From contig NC_010546.1 of assembly GCF_000017845.1 (NCBI RefSeq), positions 150,001 through 182,000 on the forward strand: a DNA stretch of 32,000 nt, in the 5' to 3' direction. This DNA is from Crocosphaera subtropica ATCC 51142 (GTDB taxonomy: Bacteria; Cyanobacteriota; Cyanobacteriia; Cyanobacteriales; Microcystaceae). Numbering within the stretch: the first letter of the stretch is position 1; every line of letters begins with the position of its first letter. A program made the translations under genes and the position numbers. Below the pieces are notes generated by a model. The model had not been told where the DNA came from and did not search any database. It saw only the letters and a list, made by a program, of their open reading frames with translations. Positions 25,998 through 32,000 of this stretch are shown piece by piece.

Positions 25998-26813
25998 ATG
26001 ATGAAGCTGATATCAAGTCGTTTTTCCCTATTTTTTCTAACTTTATTGTTGTGTATAAGTCTATTACCCCTAGAAAGTGCTTTCGCTCAACGAGGTAGGG
26101 GAAGAGGTGGCTTTCGGGGTTCAGGTGGCGGTGGTGCATCTCCACGCATCAATCGTAGTACCAGCTTGCAAAATCGAGGGAGTTTTAATTCCTCTGGACG
26201 AACTCGACAAGGTAATCGAGATCAATTTCAACAAGATCGTCAAGCCAACCGAGATCAATTTCAACAAAATCGTCAAGGGAATCAACAAGAGCGTCAGGGT
26301 AATCGAGATCAATTTCAACAAAATCGTCAAGGGAATCAACAAGAGCGTCAGAGTAATCGACAAGAAAATCAACAAAACCGACAAAATACTATCCAAGAAA
26401 ACCAACAAAATCGGCAAAACTTTATTGATGATAATTATAATGGCGATCGCTGGTATGGTGGCGGTTGGTACGGAAGAGGTTATTATGCACCGCCGGGATG
26501 GGGAGCTTGGACGGCAGCCGTTGGATTAGCAGCCGGAGTGGCGATCGGTGCAACGGTTGATTCTCCTCCCCCTTACTACAGCACAGTATATGTAGATAAC
26601 ACTCCTTATATTTACTCGGACGGCGTTTATCTTCAACCGCAAGGAAATTCCTATGTTGTTGTGGCACCGCCGGTTGATGCAGTGGTTTCATACTTACCTG
26701 ACGGATGTACGTCGACTCAAATGAATGGTACTCAATATTTTGATTGTAGTGGTATTTATTATCAAATGGTTTATCAAAATGGGACGACAGTTTATCAAGT
26801 TGTAGAATTTTAA
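25998..26813 (+). CDS. Secreted Q/N/R-repeat protein with glycine-zipper segment and Tyr-rich C-terminal domain
   Basis: The start ATG at 25998 is preceded by aggag. The protein has a signal peptide 'LFFLTLLLCISLLPLESAFAQ', an RGG box, (QGNRDQFQQNRQGNQQER)n repeats, 'AAVGLAAGVAIGATV', then 'YIYSDGVYLQP...YVVVAPP...YFDCSGIYYQ'. The track start at 25905 overlaps the upstream gene and is unlikely. Confidence 0.7.
   Translation: MMKLISSRFSLFFLTLLLCISLLPLESAFAQRGRGRGGFRGSGGGGASPRINRSTSLQNRGSFNSSGRTRQGNRDQFQQDRQANRDQFQQNRQGNQQERQGNRDQFQQNRQGNQQERQSNRQENQQNRQNTIQENQQNRQNFIDDNYNGDRWYGGGWYGRGYYAPPGWGAWTAAVGLAAGVAIGATVDSPPPYYSTVYVDNTPYIYSDGVYLQPQGNSYVVVAPPVDAVVSYLPDGCTSTQMNGTQYFDCSGIYYQMVYQNGTTVYQVVEF
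26208..26420 (+). repeat. In-frame tandem repeat (36/54-bp units) inside the Q/N/R-repeat gene
   Basis: The 48-nt block cgagatcaatttcaacaaaatcgtcaagggaatcaacaagagcgtcag occurs identically at 26250-26297 and 26304-26351 (54-bp period). Degenerate copies lie on both sides. Confidence 0.9.
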
Positions 26814-26872
26814 GAGGGAATGGACAATGGTAGCTGTGACTAGGTTTCAGGATCTAATATGAAATTCCTTTG

Positions 26873-27187
26873 TTAAAAGATTTGATTAAAAATAAATGAA
26901 CCAACTAATCCAAAAGCTAAAAATAAGAGTAAAAATCCCACTGCTGCTGCCACAATATTCATCGTTCCATAACCGATAATTAGAAGAAACATACTTACTC
27001 CTAACAACCCTCCCATCGGCAAAATTAGACTTTTTCGGGAAGGCTTCTGAAGATGGGATGAAGGAGCAGTTCTTTGGGGTTTTTGAGTTGGTAGTTGTCT
27101 TTTTTTATAAACAACCATCGAACCCCCAATACAGATTCCTAAAGCAGAAATAATTAAGGCAATAACAACGAAAATCCAAAATTCCAT
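26873..27187 (-). CDS. Small membrane protein (hypothetical)
   Basis: 104-aa ORF with one N-terminal and two C-terminal hydrophobic helices joined by a basic, Pro-rich linker. No motif recognised. Confidence 0.45.
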   Translation of the reverse strand: MEFWIFVVIALIISALGICIGGSMVVYKKRQLPTQKPQRTAPSSHLQKPSRKSLILPMGGLLGVSMFLLIIGYGTMNIVAAAVGFLLLFLAFGLVGSFIFNQIF

Positions 27188-27403
27188 AGCTTAAAAGTTG
27201 TTATTTTTATCATTAAATTTTCTAGTTACTTAACTTATCTAATTATATGATAGTCTTTTTCAGTCAAGGAAAAGATTAAGACTTATAAACGAAAAATTAA
27301 GACTTATTTCTAAATCTTGTCATAAGTCCTGAAACTTTCAAAAAATTGAGTAAAATTTCAAAAGTATTCCTTTTTTTTTGAATATCATTCTAATGTCAAA
27401 TCT

Positions 27404-29071
27404 ATGCAACTATCAAGACTCAGAGTTTCACTTCGTTCCCTAACCTTGAGCATTCTTGGTATTTTAGCGACTTCCCTTCCCGTTACAGCAGCAGAGAAAC
27501 TTTATCTTTCCTATGGCCCTCTAATGCTATCTTTACGGGTAGAGTCTCTAGAACTCTTTGCCAAAGATGGCACGATTAATCAGGATTTAGGATTTTATTT
27601 AGATAGGGCTACCCCAGCACAACAAGACCAGTTTCGGCAAGCTTTGACTAAACGGGTTGATCTTAGTCCTGTCATGTTATCTCGATTTTTTAATAGTAAA
27701 CTCGGAGAGGATATTCTCTATCGTTTTGGCAAAGGAATAACCATTTTGGGTGGACGTAATGGCAAATATGCCTTACGAGGGGCAATTGTTCAAGCGGCTT
27801 TCGACCTTGAAGAAGGATTGACCTTGCTGAATGTTTTGCGTAAATTTTCCACAGATGTTCAATTTCAAGGAGAACTACTCCTTGGCCTTGTCCAAGAAGT
27901 AGACAAGGTGGTTAAAGGAACAGAAGCATTTACCGAAGCGATGGCAACATTATCCAAAGCCGAAGCAGCCTTAGAAACCCCAGTTGATTTTGCTCAACTA
28001 CCGAATATTCAAAAAGCGGGAAATTTAGGCTTCACTAAGCAAATTCTTAACTTAACCGATAGTCAGCGTAACCGAAGTTTCTATGTTATTGTCTATAAAC
28101 CGCAACAGTGGCGAGAAGGTAAAACCCCCGTTGTGATTATTTCTCACGGTTTAGCCTCTAACCCAGAGAGTTTTGAAGATTTAGCCCAATATTTAGCTTC
28201 CTATGGGTTTGTGGTAGCGATGCCTCAACATCCTGGCAGTGATACGCAACAAGCCAAGGCGTTATTAGAAGGTTATTCTAGAGAAGTCTTTGATTTACAA
28301 GAATTTATCAATCGTCCCCAGGATATTAGCTATGTAATTGATGAATTAGAACGACGCAATCAAGTTGAGTTTGGGGGACGCTTGGATCTCGAAAATGTGG
28401 GGGTTGGCGGACACTCGTTCGGGGGATATACTGCGTTGGCAGTTGCGGGTGCGACTATCGATTTTGATTATTTACAAAAAATTTGCGATCGCCTTTATGG
28501 CGGGTTAAATACTTCCTTATTACTGCAATGTCGGGCCTTAGACCTTCCCCGTGAAAACTATAACTTTCGAGATCCCAGAGTTAAGGCAGTTATTGGGGCA
28601 AATCCTGTTAATAGTGGCATTTTTGGACAAAAAGGACTGAGTGAGATTCAAATCCCTATTTTGCTGATTAGTGGTAACTATGATCCAGCGACTCCGGCGG
28701 TGTTTGAGCAATTACGGTCGTTTATTTGGTTAACCACCCCAGATAAATCCCTAGTTTTGGCCGAAGGACAAGCCCACGTTGACTTTTCGGAACTCGATGG
28801 CGGCATTTCTAAAGTTCTCGATTCTGTGCCTGATTTAACCTTACCTGAACCCAGTTTGCTCAAAGGCTATCTTCAGCCGACGGTACTTTCTTTTTTTGAA
28901 GTTCATATTGCCAATAACGAGGAGTATAAACCCTATTTAAGTTCTGCTTATTTTGCCTATCTCAGTGCCAATGAAGATTTCCAAGTCTATCGGATTAGTC
29001 CCGCTTCTGAACCTGATTTAATGAAAAAAATTCTGGATTTTAGGGAACAATACGGCGTAGTTGCTCCTTAA
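27404..29071 (+). CDS. DUF1400-domain alpha/beta hydrolase (secreted)
   Basis: 555-aa ORF with a signal peptide and an N-terminal DUF1400 pattern ('LYLSYGPLMLSLRVESLELFAKDG...LTLLNVLRKF'). The C-terminal hydrolase has the nucleophile elbow 'GGHSFGG'. Confidence 0.8.
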   Translation: MQLSRLRVSLRSLTLSILGILATSLPVTAAEKLYLSYGPLMLSLRVESLELFAKDGTINQDLGFYLDRATPAQQDQFRQALTKRVDLSPVMLSRFFNSKLGEDILYRFGKGITILGGRNGKYALRGAIVQAAFDLEEGLTLLNVLRKFSTDVQFQGELLLGLVQEVDKVVKGTEAFTEAMATLSKAEAALETPVDFAQLPNIQKAGNLGFTKQILNLTDSQRNRSFYVIVYKPQQWREGKTPVVIISHGLASNPESFEDLAQYLASYGFVVAMPQHPGSDTQQAKALLEGYSREVFDLQEFINRPQDISYVIDELERRNQVEFGGRLDLENVGVGGHSFGGYTALAVAGATIDFDYLQKICDRLYGGLNTSLLLQCRALDLPRENYNFRDPRVKAVIGANPVNSGIFGQKGLSEIQIPILLISGNYDPATPAVFEQLRSFIWLTTPDKSLVLAEGQAHVDFSELDGGISKVLDSVPDLTLPEPSLLKGYLQPTVLSFFEVHIANNEEYKPYLSSAYFAYLSANEDFQVYRISPASEPDLMKKILDFREQYGVVAP

Positions 29072-29082
29072 ACCACAAAAAT

Positions 29083-29334
29083 TTATTTATTCCTACTTTT
29101 CTCGTCTTGATCCCGTTGAATTTTCGCTTGTCTGAGATATTCTTGTCCTGCACCAACCACAAAGCCAATCCCTCCCCCTAGCAAGCCATAGCGACGGAAC
29201 AAGCGACGAGCCGATTCAGTTTCATATCTCAATCGCACCTCATCAGGGTGTCCCACTTTTGCCACTCCTAACCCAATTACAAAACCAATTAAAGCTGTCA
29301 TAATCCCTGCAAAAAGAATGCGTTTTCCGTTCAT
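29083..29334 (-). CDS. Small membrane protein (hypothetical)
   Basis: 83-aa ORF with two Gly-rich hydrophobic segments and a basic tail. No motif recognised. Confidence 0.4.
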   Translation of the reverse strand: MNGKRILFAGIMTALIGFVIGLGVAKVGHPDEVRLRYETESARRLFRRYGLLGGGIGFVVGAGQEYLRQAKIQRDQDEKSRNK

Positions 29335-29387
29335 TTTATTTTTCAGAGAACTTAATCTTTATCTAGAATAAATCTTTTTATAAATCA

Positions 29388-31167
29388 ATGCTTCTAAGTC
29401 TTTCTAGCACTTTTATTAAGCGTCCCGTTTTAGCGACGGTTTGCTCTTTAGTGATTATTTTAGCAGGAGCGATCACCCTTCCTTTACTCCCCGTAGGAAA
29501 ATTACCCCAACTTGCCCCCACTCAGGTAAAAGTGACTTCAATTTTTATTTGGTTGGTTTTTTAGGTTATTTAATCGAGTTTTTAGCTGGATTGAAAGGTT
29601 TTACGGAGGGTTACTGGAAAAATTAACCAGGATTAAACCCTTAATCATGTTGATCTTTATCGGGGGTTTAGTCGCCACCGTATTAATGTTTAGTATTGTC
29701 CCCACAGGTTTTATTCCTGAAGAAGATCAGGGATATTTTTTTATTATTGGGAATTCTCCTTCTAATAGCTCTTTAAATTATACTCGCAAGCAAGTAGAAG
29801 ACATCAATCAAATCTTAAAAGACGTTCCAGAGATGGAATCTTATTTAGGCATTGCTGGCAATAGTTTTGAAGGGAATAGTTACAACAAATATCTCTTCTT
29901 TGGTCGTCTTAAACCTTGGGAAGAACGTCCCAATTCCAATCAATCTGTTTTTGCTCTTTTAAGAAAGCTGAATGCTGACCTCAAAGCGAAGATGACGGGT
30001 TCTAGAGCGGTTGCTGTCAATGCCCCGGCAGTAGATGGTTTAAGTGCAACGGGAGGGCTAGAATTTCAATTACAAAATCGTGGCGGTTTGCCGATGGATA
30101 CCATGATTACCGTAGCCCAAAAATACATGGAAGCGTTGAATCAACGGAAAGAACTGCAAAATATCTTTACTCAATTTACGTTTGATACCGATCAACAGGA
30201 AATTTCTTTAGATCGAGACAAAATTAATGCGTTGAATATCGACGTTGGGGAAGTCTTACAAACCCTACAAACCTATATTGGCTCAAACTATATCAATGAT
30301 TTTGTGTTTAGTAACCGTCAATATCGGGTCTATGCTCAAGTTGCTCCCGAACATCGTGCTAATCCCTCAGACATTAGCCGTTTTTACGTTAAATCCCGTA
30401 ATGGTAGCCTAATTCAGTTAAGTAACGTAGTGGCGATACAGGAGATTAATTATCCCCCTACCCTTACCCACTACAATGTCTATCCTTCGATTAAAATTCA
30501 AGCAGCCCCCGCATCCGGTTATAGCTCAGGCCAAGCAATTAAGGCGATGGAAGCGGTTGCAAAAGAAACCTTACCTAATGGTTTTGGGTATGAATGGACA
30601 GGAAGTGCCTTAGAAGAACTTTCAGCCGAAAATTCTACCATTCTTATCTTTGCGTTAGGATTTGTACTGGTCTTTTTGGTGTTAGCAGCCCAATATGAAA
30701 GTTATATTGATCCAACGATTATTATGTTAACGGTTCCTTTATCCACCTTGGGGGCGTTGTTTGCGATTTGGTTTCGGGCAAATCTTCTCCAAGTGGGCGG
30801 ATTTTGGCCGATTATCAGTAATGATATTTTTGCTCAAGTAGGGTTATTAATGTTAATTGGGATGGCTTCTAAAAATGCGATTCTCATTGTGGAAACAGCT
30901 AATCAATTTCGAGATTTGGGGATGAATGTGACCAAAGCAGCAGTGGAGGCAGCTAAATCCCGATTTCGTCCCATTATGATGACTTCTTTATCAGGAATTG
31001 TGGGTTATATTCCTTTAATGACGGCCGCTGGAGCAGGAGCGTTAAGTCGTTGGTCTATTGGTACCGTTAGCTTTGGGGGATATTTAATTGCCACTATCTT
31101 AAGTTTAGCGATCGCACCGATTTTGTACATCGTCATTAAGACGTTTGAGGATAAGATCCTCAGTTGA
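29388..31167 (+). pseudogene. RND (AcrB/HAE1-type) efflux transporter with large internal deletion and frameshift
   Basis: 29388-29564 encodes the RND N-terminus 'FIKRPVLATVCSLVIILAGAITLPLLPVGKLPQLAPTQVKVTS' and then stops. A different frame (open from 29536) continues with 'FGWFFRLFNRVF...TGFIPEEDQGYF', the pre-TM7 region, through to the C-terminus. About 450 aa of the N-terminal half are missing. Confidence 0.85.
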
Positions 31168-31268
31168 TCGGCTAGTTGGCTAAGGTAGTCTCTGTCTCGT
31201 GATCCATTCTAGAGCCTGCCACAGCCATCTTTCACAGTTCTTTTTCGCTCAATAACTCGATATTTTCT

Positions 31269-32000
31269 ATGACTCAGCCAAAAATGAAACAACGATTTAA
31301 TACCTTAGTCTCTTTAGGAAGTTGGCTAATTGGGACAACGATGGTTTCTCCTGCGATCGCAGCAGAAGAAATTAAATTTTACTATAACAATCTCTCACAA
31401 ACGGTTAAAGTAGAGTCTTTAGAAGCCTTTGCTGCTGATGGAACCGTTAAACCGGATCTGAGAACTATTTTTAATCTGGTTAAGCCTGATGAAGCTGAAA
31501 AAGCTAAATTCCAAGCCATCTTGCTTAAACCCTTCCAACTTAATCCTGTCCTACTGTCTCGACTGCTCAACACCGATGAAGGCGATCGCTTATTAACGAG
31601 ACTAGGTGACTTAATAGAAATACAAGGAGGAACCAATGGCAAATCAGTCTTGCGAGGATCGATGATTCAAGCAGCAGCAAAACCGAAAGGCTTAACGATC
31701 CTTAATTTTCTGCAAACCCTACCCACCAATATGCAGATTAATGTGCGTCGAACCTTACAACAAGCCAAAAATGCCGATTTTTTAGTTAAGACAACGGGAG
31801 AACTGGTGGACACCACAGAAAGGTTATCCCAGGAAGAAAGCAAAGCTGACCCATTATCTGTTGATTTTAGCCAACTGCCTAACCCTGGAGACAAGGGTTC
31901 AGTTTCTTTTACCCGTGAACGTTGGGACTTGAGAGATGAAAATCGGGAGAGAGCCTTTTATGTGGAGGTGTATCGCCCAAAACTCCCTCCCTCTGCTAAA
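31269..32000 (+). CDS. DUF1400-domain alpha/beta hydrolase paralog (5' part; runs off the window)
   Basis: The frame is open from ATG 31269 to the window end (244 codons) and is not in the ORF track because no stop is reached. 'FYYNNLSQTVKVESLEAFAADG...LTILNFLQTLP...FYVEVYRPK' parallels the 27404-29071 product. Confidence 0.8.
   Translation, partial: MTQPKMKQRFNTLVSLGSWLIGTTMVSPAIAAEEIKFYYNNLSQTVKVESLEAFAADGTVKPDLRTIFNLVKPDEAEKAKFQAILLKPFQLNPVLLSRLLNTDEGDRLLTRLGDLIEIQGGTNGKSVLRGSMIQAAAKPKGLTILNFLQTLPTNMQINVRRTLQQAKNADFLVKTTGELVDTTERLSQEESKADPLSVDFSQLPNPGDKGSVSFTRERWDLRDENRERAFYVEVYRPKLPPSAK

Noticed and set aside
26208-26420. A repeat array that could be mistaken for a CRISPR array.
   Set aside because: The units are contiguous with no unique spacers. 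They are in frame, in multiples of 3, and translate to a coherent Q/N/R repeat inside a signal-peptide protein.
26077-26691. ORFs 26077-26529 (+), 26121-26417 (-) and 26422-26691 (-) from the track.
   Set aside because: These are alternative-frame and antisense shadows of the tandem-repeat gene. Their repetitive peptides mirror the DNA repeat, and they lack starts with ribosome-binding sites.
29441-29626. 61-aa ORF from the track upstream of the RND C-terminal half.
   Set aside because: It is out of frame with both recognisable RND segments. The true reading is the N-terminal remnant in the 29388 frame plus the C-terminal frame open from 29536.
31382-31894. Minus-strand ORFs 31382-31642 and 31667-31894.
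   Set aside because: They are antisense to the clearly homologous DUF1400 hydrolase paralog. That paralog is missing from the track only because it runs off the window without a stop.

Overview
This window is an AT-rich cyanobacterial chromosomal segment. The taxonomic call rests on 17 perfect copies of the HIP1 octamer GCGATCGC plus CP12, hemL, a PatA-type regulator and DUF1400 hydrolases, which suggests a unicellular Cyanothece/Crocosphaera-like organism (inference). About 30 protein genes are supportable. They include housekeeping and stress genes (hemL, msrB, GST, two CsbD, CP12, a LarE-like PP-loop enzyme, a lipid kinase), signalling genes (GAF histidine kinase, PatA-type response regulator), and a same-strand envelope cluster (3xSH3b protein, PLD/cardiolipin-synthase-like, DUF3592, SpoIID). 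I saw no rRNA, tRNA or CRISPR array and no recognisable defence system. The accessory content is a ~4.9-kb patch (20205-25093) bracketed by an ISL3 element and a decayed IS630 element, both with identifiable inverted repeats. The patch holds a two-gene TA-like module whose second gene is cut by the ISL3 end, a GC-rich structured non-coding core, and a DUF1704/QEGLA-motif metallopeptidase-like gene with codon usage unlike its neighbours. Other decay is an RND efflux pump gene with a ~1.4-kb internal deletion plus a frameshift, flanked by two DUF1400 alpha/beta-hydrolase paralogs. The best candidates for something undescribed are (i) the IS-flanked DUF1704 gene, (ii) a tightly linked DUF2092 (LolA-like) gene plus a secreted Q/N/R-repeat, glycine-zipper protein carrying a perfect 54-bp-period tandem repeat, and (iii) the PLD-DUF3592 coupled pair in the envelope cluster. 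None of these is demonstrated to be a new system. All functional names come from motif recognition by eye and need database confirmation.
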